A stretch of DNA of 64,000 nt, from NCBI RefSeq assembly GCF_009914755.1, contig NC_060929.1. The stretch is one strand, 5' to 3'. Position 1 is the first letter of the stretch. Every line of letters begins with the position of its first letter. The notes beneath the pieces are model-generated. The model was not told the DNA's origin. It made no database searches and was given only the letters and a program-made list of their open reading frames with translations. The position numbers and the translations under genes were made by a program. This stretch comes from the human T2T-CHM13v2.0 reference genome, Homo sapiens. Below are positions 29,666 to 43,181 of the stretch, piece by piece.

Positions 29666-30045
29666 GAGATAGGGAATTTTCTGAAAGATCTCTGGAAATG
29701 TTGCCTCCTGAGACGATTCAGTGTTAGGACTACACCATCTGATTTCAGCTCCTATCCCCAAAGCATGTTATATTTACAATTGGAGTTTCAAGGACTAACC
29801 AAAAGCATGTTCTATATCTGCCCAGAGGTTTCTTATTAAGCAGAGTGAAGCCTTTCTCATTGTTTCCTATTCTTATTCATGAATAATCCCTCAAAGTTTT
29901 TCATGCTTAACAAAAATCTGTTATATTGTAATTTAGTGCTTTCGCTTCATGTCCTTGTTAGAGTGGGACGGGTTGAGGATGAAGATGAATGATTTTCAGC
30001 TTTAAAAGTTCCCTTAATATACTCTTTCCTTATATGAAGATAATA

Positions 30046-30309
30046 ATAATAATTATTATTTTTTGAGACAAAGTCTTGCTCTGTTGCTCAGGTTGCAGTG
30101 CAGTGGCACAATCTCAGCTCATTGCAACCTCTGCCTCCTGGGTTCTCGTGCCTTAGCTTCTGGAGTAGCTGGGATGTGCCACCATGCCCGGCTAATTTTT
30201 GTATTTTAAGTAGAGATGGGGTTTCACCATGTTGGCCAGGCTGGTTTCGAACTCCTGACTTCAGCCTCTTAAAGTGCTGGGATTATAGGTGTGAGCCATT
30301 ACGCCTGGC
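30046..30309 (-). mobile_element. Alu with several internal deletions and an (AAT)n/(ATT)n tail
   Basis: Shortened dimer. Confidence 0.9.
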
Positions 30310-30897
30310 AAAGATAATTACTTTGAAGGGATTCTGTTGTCTCCAAGGTAACTAAACTCAAGCTTGGTCCACCCATCAACAGGATTTCAGTTTCAGAGCC
30401 ACCTCTGGGTCTGCACCTCCCCTGTGGGGCCTACTGTTTGGCCTTGTGCAGTGCTTTGGATCTCTGCTTTCCAGATCAGGTTTGGAAATCAGCTCCATAG
30501 CGTGAACAGCTGCTTTCCAACTGTACACGCTATTGTGGGCAGATTATCTTTTCTTTGCTAGCTGTTTCCTCTGCCTGTAAAGCTCTTTCCCCAGAGTAAA
30601 GACCTGGACACAGGAGCATGCCCAGCTTTCAAAGAACAACAAGGGGCAGTTGTAGATAGTATACAAGTTTAAGTCATCAAAATCCAAAATGCGGGCACAT
30701 TTAATATCATTTACATGTGGATTGTAATGTCTTCTCTCCTTACTAATTCTTAATTACAGGTTATCTTATTTACTGAAAACTCCAAAATCTTTATTAACTT
30801 ATATGTTTGGCAATGGCTAACTCAACCTATAACTCTCCCCTTTAGTCTGGTATTCATAATATAATTTTTATTGCCTCATTTATAAACAAACACAGGA

Positions 30898-31250
30898 GGC
30901 CAGACACAGTGGCTCATGCTTGTAATCTCACCATTTTGGGAGGCTGAGGCAGGAGGATTGCTTGAGGCCAGGAGTTTGAGACCAGCCTGAGCAACATAGG
31001 GAGACCCCATATGTACTAAAAACAAGAAAATAGCCAGGTGTGGTGGCATGCACCTGTAGTCCCAGCTCCTCAGGAGGCTGAGATGGGAGGATCATCTGAA
31101 CCCAGCAGTTTGAGGCTGCAGTGAGCTATGATACACCACTGCACTCTAGTCTAGGGGACAGAGGAAGACCCTGTCTCAAAAAAAACCCAAAAAAAACAAA
31201 AAACAAAAAAACAGAACAAGACACAACACAAACTAAAACAAACCCCAAAG
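30898..31250 (+). mobile_element. Alu (AluJ-like) with an A/C-rich tail
   Basis: ggccagacacagtggctcatg..gaccctgtctcaaaaaa. Confidence 0.9.
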
Positions 31251-31444
31251 GAAATTATTACTGATGAGTTTGCCTTTAGGTTATGTGCTAATGATTTGTA
31301 GAATTCCACATCTTGATATGAGGAGAAATAAGTAAAAATCTATCGATTTAAATAATGCAAGTGAAGTGCTAATTTATTTCTATAGTATTTCTCAATGCTT
31401 TAAGCAAATGCCACAGTTCTATGAAAGAGGGACTTCGATCACTA

Positions 31445-31795
31445 AGTGCTGTGGTGGAGACACATTTCCCAATCTCCTTTGCTGTTAGGTATGGCCATGT
31501 GACTGAGTTCAGCCAATAGAATGTGAGTGGAAGTGAGTGATGTCACTTCCAGGCCTAAGCCATAAAAATCTCCCAGGTGTTTCTCCTTCAAGGGCAACCT
31601 CAGAGAGAAAATACGGAAGACAGTGGGGCCACAAGAAAGAAGAGGCATAGGCCCCTAAATTATTGCTTGAAAGAGAGTCTTGTTGATCAGAAACATTCAG
31701 AATTTACATGAACAAAAATAAACCTTGGTTATATTACTCTACTGAGATTTGGGGGTTTATCCACTCATCGCTGGTAATCTCGTAGTTAATACAAC
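31445..31795. mobile_element. MLT1 LTR
   Basis: ggccatgtgactgagttcagccaatagaatgtgagtggaagtga..aaataaaccttggttat..ctgagatttggggg. Confidence 0.7.
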
Positions 31796-31849
31796 AGTTC
31801 TAGGTTTTTTGCTTAGATTTAGTTCTTATTTTCCGTTTCCAGACTAGCA

Positions 31850-32050
31850 CCGTCGTTAAGACCATGAGCTTTGGAACTAGACAGAGTTTGCATGGGATCC
31901 TCTTACTAGTTACATAAATCTTTTAAATTTTCAGAAACTCAGTTCCTTCATCCATAAAATGGGGATAGAAAAATCTTCTAGTTAGGATTGTTGTGAGAAT
32001 TAAATAGGAATATTTTTCACAGTGCCTAGCACATAATAAATGAACAGTGA
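31850..32050 (+). mobile_element. MIR
   Basis: ctcagttccttcatccataaaatggggata..ggattgttgtgagaattaaat. Confidence 0.75.
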
Positions 32051-32269
32051 TGGGATAGAAATTTTATTTTATTTTTATCCTTCTCACATTAATAAAAATG
32101 ATTCTGAATTAGTGTATTTTAATTATTTTCCCTATGATTTCAGTTTTTTTTATTGTCAGGTAATGTGCTATACATTTCCATCTACTTGATTATTTTCTTC
32201 TTCTTTGCCTAAACATTCAACTCTTCACTTGGAAAAAAATTCATCCTTCAGGTTCTAAAAAATTATCAC

Positions 32270-33205
32270 CTGTGGTAGATTTTAGTTTCCCAAAATACAA
32301 CAGTGATATTTCCCATCTCTTCTAGAGCCTTATAATTTCTCCATTCAGTGGTTGACAGGACTTTGTGACCATGTGAATCTCATGTGGCAGAATTGATGTT
32401 GTGTGACTTCTGAGGCTAGGTCACAAAAGGCAATGTGGCTGCCACTAATATTCTCTCTTCCTCCTTTTTAAATTAATTAATTAACTGGTTGTAGAGACAA
32501 GATCTCACTCTGTTGCCCAGGCTGGGGTGCCATGGTACGATCATAACTTACTGCAACCTTGAATTCTGGGCTCAAGCAATCCTCTTGCCTAAGTCTCCAG
32601 AGTAGCTAGAACTATAGGCACATGCCACCATTCCTGACTAATTTCTATTTTTATTTTTTATAGAGCTGGAGTCTCACTGTATTGCCCAGGCTGGTCTTGA
32701 ATTCCTGAGCTCAAGCAATCCTCCAGCCTCAGCCTTCCAAAGTGCTGGGATTATAGGCATGAACATTGTGCCTGGTCTAATTTAATTTTTTTATTTAGAG
32801 ACAGAGTCTGGCTCTGTCACCCAGGCCAACATGCAGTGGTGCAGTCATAGCTTTCTGCAGCCTCAAACTCCTGGGCTCAATAGATCCTACTGCCTTGGCC
32901 TCCCAAAGTGCTGGAATTACAAATATAAGCCACTGCTCCTAGACATCCCCTCTCTTTTCTGCTTTCTCCCCCTACACGAAACTTAATTAACATCCAGCCA
33001 TGTTCTGAGGGAGCCCAGGTAACAGGAAGATGCTGTGTATAGGTGTTCTAGCTAACAGTCCCAAGTTATGAGCGTCAATCTCCAGAAATATGGGTGAAGG
33101 AGCCTTCAGATGATTCTAGTGACCAAGACTTTGAGCAGCCCCAGCTGATGCTGAGTGGAGCAGAGACAAACCAGCCCCAGTGGGCTCTGACCAAATCGCA
33201 GATTC
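32270..33205. mobile_element. MLT1 LTR interrupted by an AluJ (32490-32777, minus) and a FLAM (32780-32942, minus)
   Basis: gtgacttctgaggctaggtcacaaaagg; ccagctgatgctgagtggagcagagac; Alu and monomer in between. Confidence 0.75.
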
Positions 33206-33207
33206 AC

Positions 33208-34085
33208 AATGCTCAATCTCATTGACTGTCAGGGAAATACAAGTGAAATTTACAATGAGATACTACTACAGGTCCACCAGAATGGCTAAAATTTCAGGGC
33301 CAACAATACTAAATGCTGATAAGGATGTGAAACAACTGGAACTCTCACCCGTGCCACAGTTTTTAGACTGTAGAGTTGGGAGTCTGAATTCATACAACCA
33401 CTTTTGAAGACTGTTTGGCAGTATCTGCTAAAGATTAACATACACATATTTTCTAGCCCAGCATTTCCTTTCCTAGTACATATTCAACAGAATTGTGTAT
33501 ATCTGCACACCAAAGACATAAATATCCTCAAACTAGAATGTATCCAAATGTCCATCAATAGCAGAATGGATTAAAAACTCATAGTATAGTTCCACACTGA
33601 AATGCTGTACAGCAAAAAAAACCTACAACTATTGCAACAATATAAATAAATCTCAAAAATGGTATTAAGTGAACAATGCCAGACATGAAAGGGTCCTATT
33701 GTATTAATATAATGTTAATATAAAATATAAATGTATAAATTTGAAGTTATTAATATAGTCTAATAAACTTCAATATGTGAATTTGAAGTTATTGATATAG
33801 TTTAATAAACTTAATAAACTAGTTTTATAAAAAAGTTTATAAAGTTTAAAAACAGGCAAAACAATTATTGTCTTAGAAGTCAATAATGTGATTACCTTCA
33901 GAGAGGAGGGAGGACAGAATGATTGGTAGGAGGCATAGCAGGTCTCTTGAGACCCTTCAGTGTTCTAGTTTTGACCTGGGTTGTGGTTGCTCAGGTGAGC
34001 TTGCTTTGTGATCATTCCGGGAGCTGTACACTTGGAACTTCCACACTTTTCTACATGTGCATTATGCATCAACAAAAAAATCTAA
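33208..34085 (+). mobile_element. L1ME-like 3' end
   Basis: aatgagatactactac..ccagaatggctaaaatt; ccaaatgtccatcaatagcagaatgga; AT-rich tandem duplication at about 33735-33820. Confidence 0.8.
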
Positions 34086-34868
34086 AAATGTCAACTAGAA
34101 ATAATAAATATTTGGAAAAGTTAAAAAAAAAACAAATTTGGAAAAGTTAAAAAAACCAAATTGTAGGTTCAGGAGAAAACTAAATGTCATCATAGTCCTA
34201 AGCTACTAAATTTGGGGGTGGTCTATGAAACAGCGATAAATAGCAGAACACCTCCTCTGTGAAGCCATCCTTATGACCTCTTGGCTTGCCTGCTTCCTCA
34301 GGACTAAAAGCTTTTCTCTGTGGTCCCTTAGCATTTTATTTATTTTGCTAGGACTTAGAAGTCTGTGAAGTCTTCGAGGGCAAACATCAAAGCCTATTCT
34401 TTTTTGTATCACCTGTAGCATTTAACTCAGTACCTGCTATAGCGCAGGTACTGAGCAAATGTTGATTAAAGGACACGAGTTTATTTTGCCTTTCTTTGTC
34501 AGAGCTGTTATGCCACAGATAGAAATTTCCACTCTGTATTAACTTCTCTTGTGAAATGGCATCTGGAACACGGGTAAGTCACAGGAAGCTCAAGGATGGT
34601 GATGACCGTCCCAGAGTTTGTAATGAGAGTAGATGGGAAAGCCAATTGAAAGACTTGAAAGAATGTCATTCTTCATGAATGTCTAGCACTCATTAAGCAG
34701 CATTTACCTGTCATTCCTGGTGTTCTGTAAAGCAGCTGTAAAACTTGATCATTGCTTCCAGAGAAGCTAAACGTTACATAGCCCTGATTACCTTTATCAG
34801 AATATCCTTTGTAGTTTGTAGAAAGAGGTCTTAACATTTTTATAAGTTCTCATGGCTTTAAATGATGC

Positions 34869-35169
34869 TTTTTTTTTTTTTTTTTTTTGAGATGGAGCCT
34901 TGCTCTTTTGCTCAGGCTGGAGTGCAGTGGCGCGATCTCGGCTCACTGCAACCTCTGCCTCCTGGGTTCAAGCGATCTCCTGCCTCAGCCTCCTGAGTAA
35001 CTGGGATTACAGGCACATGCCACTGCACCTGGCTAATTTTTGTATTTTTAGTAGAGATGGGGTTTCACCATGTTGGCCAGGCTGGTCTTGAACTCCTGAC
35101 CTCAAGTGATCCACCCACCTTGGCCTCCTAGAGTGCTGGGATTACAGGTGTGAGCCACTGTGCCCGGTC
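34869..35169 (-). mobile_element. Alu (AluS-like)
   Basis: Full dimer with poly-T. Confidence 0.95.
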
Positions 35170-35587
35170 TAAATATGGTCTTTTTAACTAGATCAATAAA
35201 ACTGTGCCGCAAAATGTTCTGATACCCTTAGAAAGCAAAATTCTCCTTCTGCATATGTGTTTTTTAAGCTCTATCATTAGCAGCTTTGCTACAAGCAAAC
35301 TTGTATTTATTTTAAAAGCTTCAAGGTTACTTATTTATCATGAATGGAAAGATTACTTAGCTGAATGTCCAGAGACTCAGTTTCTCATCCCTGCTCTGCC
35401 ATTGGCTGGCTGTGTGATCTTGGGCAAGTCCTTTGTTTTTTTTCTCCCATTTTCTCATTTCCACATTTATGAAATGAGGAATGATGGCCTTCGGGGCTTT
35501 GTCCAAGTCTAGCTCCACCATTCCATGAGCAAAATGATAGCAACATCTTTGTAGATGTGTAGGTGGAAACTCAAAGTGAGCTATAAA

Positions 35588-35916
<329 letters not shown>

Positions 35917-37815
35917 TAGGGAATATTAGGATTTTGAAATTCTGACTATCCTCTCAACAGCTGCACAAGACTAACCTGTTCATCGTCTGTTATTTTTGTA
36001 GATTACAACAATCCATTTAACTACTATGAAACGGTTCTGGAGTGACACTGTTGTGAAGAGGAAATTCCAGCGGAGCTACTGGAGCAAGCCTTTGATCTGC
36101 CATATTGAACTCCTCCAGCTGTGCGGATTCACTGCACTATAAGAAAAACATTTCTACGACCACTTTAAAGCTAAACTCATTTCAGGTTTGTGCTGAAGAG
36201 AGATTGAGAAAAGGCTAAAAGGCTAGCCCAGGCTTCCATTTTGAGACAGCAAGAGTACCCAGCAATATGACGGACGTAACTAGTGGCAAGCAGGATTGTG
36301 TGGGTTTTTTCTTTGAAGATCTTCTGTAGTAAAACAGAATGGAACTTGTCTATTTATGACATTTTTCAATTTTTCTGGGCAGTCAATGAAACATAACATT
36401 ACCAACATCATTTTCTCTCACCTGATCTAAGAGATTTTTCTTTTTGTCATTTTTTAATACTTCACCCGTTACAAAAGTTTTTCCACCTCTTACATTTTGC
36501 AGTTACTAATATTAGGAAATGCAATGCCAATTTGTTTGCAAGCCATGTAAAAGGAACATCTTAACAGGATAGCAAATGATTAAATACATGGTATATTGTG
36601 TGGCATATATTTGGTGGTTTTGTGACCTGAAATGATCTAATGTCTAGTGTTTAATCTTATACCATCAAAGTAAGGTCATCTTTGCCCTATTTCTTTATTG
36701 CTCTTTGTGCTCATATATGTTTATTGAACATTTGTGTGTATTTAGCAGTGACAGGGATGAAAATAGTCTGAGGTTTAGGGAAGCATTATTTTTCAGGCTT
36801 CAAGAATAAAACCGATGTTTTCCAGGGCACAGAATGCCTACCTGTGCCTAGGTGATAAGGTCTCCAGCACAATGAGCTCTTTTGTTCTGGGAAACAGGCC
36901 CAGGCTTATTCTACTACTTCCCCGTTTTACAATCTTGCTAAAGTTGACCTTTACCTATCTTGTGGTGCTTTTTCAACAAAAATAAAATTCTTAACTGGGC
37001 TCATTTTTATGACTGACTATAAAACCTCCCTTTCAACTTCACCTGTTAATAAAGGGAACCAGCTCTTCCTTCTCCTGTATGCTTGGGAAAAATAGAGTAA
37101 AAACAATAAACAAAATAGTTACTGGAAATTTTAGACTAACTGAAAAAAAAAAGGTATTGAGGTTAGTCTTACAATGTGTAAGATTCTCAAATAGTCCTTA
37201 AATATAATCCTTAATTTAATTTTTAAAATGCTGTGTTTTCTTAAACCACTTCTCTCTCTTTCACATCCCCTCTACCACCACCCTGCGGGTCTTTTGCAAT
37301 AGATAACTTTCCCTGGTAGAATGTTCGTAGGATTCACTTTTGATATGGGTTATTTTTTGGAACAATGACAGATTAATTGATGGGTGGTTGGGGTAATCTT
37401 TACTATTTGGTACTGCTATCTTTAAATACTTAGTAGATAATTGCTCTGATTAAATTTGTCTGTTAAACACAGTAGCTTTGATAAACATTGCAAGAGGATA
37501 AAGTAATGCAATCCCCTTTTAATACAAAATATTTTATTTGAATGGGTTTTTAATCAATAAAGAGCAATTTAGTTCTCAGAGATGCATGGGCAATTCCCAT
37601 TGATTTGTATGAAATCCTTGGATTCTTTTTAGAGTGATGGATGGTTTAGTGTGGCTGTTTAAAAATAAAATTTTATTCTTGGGCTGGAGACTCCATGCTG
37701 GAGAGAGATGGTATATAATGGATGAAACTGGTCTCATGGAAGTCCCTGATGCTTCATGATATTTAGGGGACCAAATATCACTGAATGCTTGGCTTCTGTT
37801 TTGAGGCTGAATAAC

Positions 37816-38212
37816 TGTATTAATCTGTTTTGCGTTGCTATAAAAAATACCTGCTACTGGGTAATTTATAAAGAAAAGAGGTTTATTCGGCTCACATTTC
37901 TGCAGGCTGTACAAGCATGGCAACCGTATCTGCTCAGCTCCTGGTGAGGCCTCAAGAAGCTTTTCATCATGGTGGAAGATGAAAGGGGAGCAGGCATGTC
38001 ATATGGTGAGAGGGAGCAAGAGAGAGAGCGGGGAGTTCCCTGACTTTTTAACAAGCAGATCTCATGTGAACTCATTACTGCCGGGAGAGCACCAAGTCAT
38101 TCAGGAGGATCCTCTTCTATGACCCAAACACCTCTCGCTAGGCCTCACCTCCAACGTTGGGGATCACGTTCCAACATGAGATTTGGAGGGGACTAACATC
38201 CAAACTATATCT
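37816..38212 (-). mobile_element. MST (MaLR) solo LTR
   Basis: tgtattaatctgttttgcgttgctataa..tgagatttggaggggactaacatccaaactatatc. Confidence 0.9.
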
Positions 38213-38458
38213 ATAATGTCTTCCAGTGATTCTCTATCATGTGCACTCCAGTGTTCCCATACCCTAGACAGTGATACATTTTATTGCTGTGAAACTTCTA
38301 ATGAGTTATTATATGTAGGTGCTTAGAATGCTGTCTGGCACAGAGTAAGTATTATGTAAGTGTTAGAAATAATTGTTACTAGTTATTCCAAGGCCAACTC
38401 CAGCCTTAACTCATCAGCCAGGTGAGATGGAAATGGAAGCATGGCTTAGGAAAGAAAG

Positions 38459-38915
38459 TGTATCAGTTAACATTAGCTGTCTAACACGGAAATATTAAAT
38501 GCAATGGTTTAAAAATAGCGACCATGTATTTAGCTCATGGGTCTGTGGATCATCAAGTTGGACTGGGCTCAGGTTGGCAGTTTTTGTGCTTTTGGCTTTG
38601 CTTAACATAAACATCTCTGGTCAGTATAAGCATAAACATCTTTGGTCAGTGGCCAGGTCACCTGGTGTCTGACTAGTCTAGGATGGGCTCAGGGGGATGG
38701 CTTGTCTTTGCTTCACAGGTTAGCTTGAGCATGATGTCATGGTGAAGCCAGGAGAGCAAGTCACAAAGACAGGCTTAGATTGGCCAAAGAAAACTCCAAG
38801 TCCAACCCAGATTCACTGGGTGGGGAAATAAACTCTACCTATTGCAAAATCATGGTGGAAAATGAGTGGATAGAAAAGAGTGAAGGATCTGGCCATCTTT
38901 ACACTCTGCCACATC
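38459..38915. mobile_element. MLT1 LTR
   Basis: tgtatcagtta..atttagctcatgggtctgtgg..gattggccaaag..actctgccaca. Confidence 0.65.
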
Positions 38916-39249
38916 AGTGGCTGCTGCGAGAGATGAAGTGGAGAAGGAATTAGAGGACTGGGATGTGCATTTGTGTATTCATCTATATGTACAAGTACAT
39001 GCCTTTTGTGGATGAGGAAAGAATACAAATGACTCCAGAGTCATGATTTCCGGTGACTTAGGATTTCCTATTTGCACCTCCCGTGCAAATAGGAAATATA
39101 GCAGGAGAAGCATTTACCTTTGAATGTATAGAGTTTAAAACAGAAATGACATGTTTAACAGAAAGTATCCAGTAAGGGGTCCAGAAATCCACAGAGAAAC
39201 CAGGCCTACACATAAGATATTTAGGATGTGAACAGATGTAAATAGATGT

Positions 39250-39635
39250 AAACAACAACAACTACATGTTGTTTTCCTAGCCAACATGTGGTTAGAGAAT
39301 TACGTGGTTTACCTTTGAGTCTCCTCTTAGTGGACACACTCTTTCCAACTGTTAGTTCATGTGATTCGAATGAGCCCAACCCTGGCCATCTGCCATTCAG
39401 GCCTGGCCAATCAGCACATTCCAGCCCTCTGGTCATTGGGATTGGTTTAGGAATGGCATTGGACCAACTTGGTTCTAATAAAATGAAATCCTGGCACTTT
39501 TGTTGAATACATTGGAACTTTCTTTTCCTTCTACAAGAGCAACTAAGCTGGAGGGCCATAGAACTGCTGGAGGTCGTATTATCAGTAGAGCAGTAGAGTC
39601 TGCCTAGGAGGGAAGCCAACAGAAACAAAAGTATA

Positions 39636-39683
<48 letters not shown>

Positions 39684-39820
39684 AGACAGATGCAGTTTAG
39701 ATCCCTGAATCCAGTTATACCTAAAGACATATCTCCTTACAAACTTTTCAATTTTAGGAACCAATACATTTTCTTTTTCACTTGAACTGGTTTGAATTGG
39801 GTTTCTGTCATATGTTGCTA
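39250..39820. mobile_element. Old MLT1 LTR carrying an (AG)n microsatellite
   Basis: caggcctggccaatcagcacattccagccctctggtca..ctgaatccagttatacctaaag..ggtttgaattgggtttctgtca. Confidence 0.7.
39638..39686. repeat. (AG)n microsatellite
   Basis: About 18 perfect AG units followed by GGAGAG variants. Confidence 0.97.
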
Positions 39821-40109
39821 ACAAGAAAAGAGAAAAGAATATAAACTTAGAAGACAATTGCATTTTGTGGGGCTGAAGGAAAGTTAGAGTAAGTAATAAA
39901 AGCTCATGGAACTAAGAAATCCAAGAAGATGGAGACTTAACAAAAAGGAATAACAGTGTTGACATTGTCACATGTCAGGGAGCAAGGGCTCCACAGAGAG
40001 TCTTGACTTGGGGGCCAGGACACCTATGAGGGAGTGCTCTTGGCAGCAGGGTGGAAGAAAGGAAGGTGCCCTGCCAGGAGCTAAGGAAAGAGTGGGCAGT
40101 TTCCTTTGC

Positions 40110-40982
40110 CCATAAAAGGGCTTCGTAGTCACTCAAACTTGAAACCTTGGAATCAACTCTTCCTCCTCACTCTGCCACAGCCCACACAACCAAACAGTCA
40201 TCTTGGCCTACAAATTCTCCCTCCACAATTGCTGTTGGACTCCTACCTTCCTTCACATTTCCACGCCATGAGCTGGCTCCAGGTGCCTAGTGTTCCTTTC
40301 CTGGAACCTGGCCTCTTTGCATCTCCCGTGCCTGTTGTCCCTCCACCTCTGTCATCCATTCTTTATTCTGCTGCCAGATTATTTGTCCTAAGGCTCAGTT
40401 CTGATTGTGAAATAGCCACACACAGTGGAGTCCCTGGATGGGGAACCCAGCACCAGCTCTGACAGGCTATGGGATCTTGGAAAAGATTCTGATCCTCTCT
40501 AGGTGTGGGAATCTAATCTTTGAAGGGAAGGGTTGAACCAAGCTCTGACATTCATTGCCTCCCCATTGCCTCTAACATAAAATTCTAGCCCTAACCTAAC
40601 TCTTTTAGCCTTACCTCCTTTAGCATACATATAACTCACCTAAAATGAAATACTTCTCGTGCCTGAATGCCCTCACCTTGTACCTTCCTACTTCTGTTCA
40701 TTTTACCTGGAATCATTTGTCTTTTCCTACGGAAAGCCTATCTGTCCTTGAAGGCCAAGTTCAAATGCCATCTGTGAGGCTTTCTTGAACTCTCAGCTGA
40801 GAGCCTCTTACCCATGTTCTTGGTCAGGGCACTTTGCTTTGTTTCATTGTTTGTGCATGTGTGCTGCCTCCTGCCATATTGTCAAGGGCTTGAGGATCAA
40901 ACTTCCATCATATTCATTGAGGCAGCCCTCAAGGCATCTAGCCGAGTAGCTAGTTCTCAGTAAATGACTGAGTGAATGAAAA
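40110..40982 (+). mobile_element. L2 3' region fragments
   Basis: tgaaggccaagttcaaatgccatc; terminal ctcagtaaatgactgagtgaatgaa. Confidence 0.6.
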
Positions 40983-41106
40983 CACAAACTTTCTTGCTGG
41001 TCCACTCAGCCATCCTGCAGATCCTCCCAAAGCATGTGACTGCAAAATCAGATGTTGTAGTTTTGCTGAATAGAATTATGTGATAGTTTAAAAAGGGCCT
41101 TTTGAG

Positions 41107-41687
41107 TGTAAACCAAAGTATCTGAGACAGGTCTCAATTTAGAGGTTTATTTTGCCAAAGTTAAAGGCCATGGCCTGTGACACAGCCTCAAGAGGCTCTG
41201 AGAACATGTGCTCAAAATGGTTTTATTATAGGTTGCTTTTATACATTTTAGGGGGACAGAAGTTACAGGCAAAGACATAAATCAATACATGGAAGGTGTA
41301 CATTTGTTTGGCACAGAAAGGTGGGACATCTCCAAGGGTAGGGAGGCTTCCTGCTCACGGGATGATTCAAATATTTCCTGACTGGCAGTTGGTTGAAAGA
41401 GGTAAGCTTTGCCTGAAGAAGTAAAATCAGCATAAAGAAATGCTTGGATTAAGATAAGGGGGCGGATCCCTTGAGGTCAGGAGTTCGAGACCAGCCTGGC
41501 CAAAATGGTGAAACCCCGTCTGTATGGAAAATACAAAAAAATTGCTGGGCATGGTGGCAGGCGCCTGTAATCCCAGCTACTGGGGAAGCTGAGCAGAAGA
41601 AACATTTGAGCCCAGGAGGGGAGGCTGCAGTGAGTGGAGATCACACCACTGTACTCCAGCTTGGGCAAAAGAGTGAGACTTCATCTC

Positions 41688-41718
<31 letters not shown>

Positions 41719-42055
41719 TAAGGGGAATGTGGAAGCCAAGGTTCTTGTTAAATATATTTTGGGATAAAATAGTTTGATTTCCTTTAGGGCCGACTATCTG
41801 TCATGTGATGCTATACCGGAGTCAGGTTGGAATTGGATGTCTTATTGCTACAAAGAATCTGTTTGATCAGTCTTACGATCCCTTTCAATGTGAATGGTGG
41901 TCAGTTGTGCCTAAACTCCAACGGGAGGCATGTCCAACACCCCCTGCTTCCTGTCATGGCCTCAACTAGTTTTTCAGGTTTCTTTGGGATCCCCTTGGCC
42001 AAGAGGGTGTCCATTCAGTCCGTTAGAGGGCTTAGAATTTTACTTTTGGTTCACA
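41107..42055 (-). mobile_element. MER4-family solo LTR (ERV1) with an internal Alu
   Basis: TG..CA ends, 4-bp TSD TGAG (41103-06 and 42056-59); reverse complement starts tgtgaaccaaaagtaaaattctaag. Confidence 0.85.
41462..41716 (+). mobile_element. 5'-truncated Alu inside the MER4 LTR
   Basis: TSD AAGATAAGGGG at 41451-61 and 41715-25; long A-tail. Confidence 0.95.
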
Positions 42056-42307
42056 TGAGCTCCATGGCCCAAGTATGACCCCACTGGCCCAAGTATGACC
42101 CCATTCCTGCCTTTGCAAGGTGTGTGTCAGCAAAGTCGGTGTTGGGTGAAAGTGTTATGGAGGTCCCTTCTATGGTTCCACACTGCTCCACATTGAGACC
42201 AATCAAGGGTGGCCTTCTCCTTAGTGTTTGCAAGATAATGATGGCGTATTCTGAATAGAACACTTTGGTCTCCCTCTGACACAGCTCTTGACAATGACAG
42301 GAGATGG

Positions 42308-43181
42308 TGTAAACCAAAAATAAAATTCTAACCTCCCCAACTGACTGAATGGACCCCCTCTCTTGGCCAAGGGGTCCCAAAGAAACCCGAAAAACTAGTT
42401 TGGGCCATGACAGGAAGCAGGGGGTGTTGAAAATGCCTCCCTTTGGAGTTTAGGCAAAACTGACCAGGATTCACATTAAAACAGATCTTAAGACTGACTA
42501 AACAGACTATTTGTAGCAATAAGATACCCAACTCCAACCTGGCTCTGGTACAGCATCACGAGACAGATAGTTGCCAAGAAGGAAATCAAACTATTTCATC
42601 CTGAAATATATTTCTTTGACAGGTTTTGGAATGGCCCTGCAAAGCCAGGAAATTTCTGGGGGAAATTTGCATTCTATAGAGAATTTCCTTCCCTTACTAG
42701 GCCTTTTTCAGAGAGTCTGACACTGTTTAAGGTCCAAAAGAGACATTTATCATCTATTCTCTCTGAATCCTATGACTTAGAGGCTTCATGCACCTAACAA
42801 GAACCTTGGCTTCCACATCCCCTTTATCTTAACTCAAACATTTCTTTATGCTGACTTTACCTCTTCAGGAAAAGCTTACCCCTTTCAACCAATTACCAAT
42901 CAGGACATCTTCGAATCTTTCTATGAGCAGGAAGCCCCTCTACTCTTGGAGATGTACCTTTGTTTTGGGCCCAACCAATCTACACCTTCCATGTATTGAT
43001 TTATGTCTTTGCCTTCTGTCTCCATAAAATGTATAAAATCAACCTATAACCAAACCATCTTGGGCACATGTTCTCAGAAACTTTTCAGGCTGTGTCACAG
43101 GCCATGGCCCTTATATTTGGCTCAAAATAAACCTCTTCAAATATTTTGGAGAGTTTTGCTTTTTTTTTTTTTTTGTCGACA
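42308..43181 (+). mobile_element. MER4-family solo LTR (ERV1)
   Basis: tgtaaaccaaaaataaaattctaa..aaataaacctcttcaaatattttggagag..gtcgaca. Confidence 0.85.

Noticed and set aside
39221-39730. 169-aa minus-strand ORF
   Set aside because: Runs through an MLT1 LTR and the (AG)n microsatellite, which gives the SLSLSL tract.
41827-42537. Two paralogous small proteins on opposite strands
   Set aside because: They are mirror translations of the two inverted MER4 LTRs.
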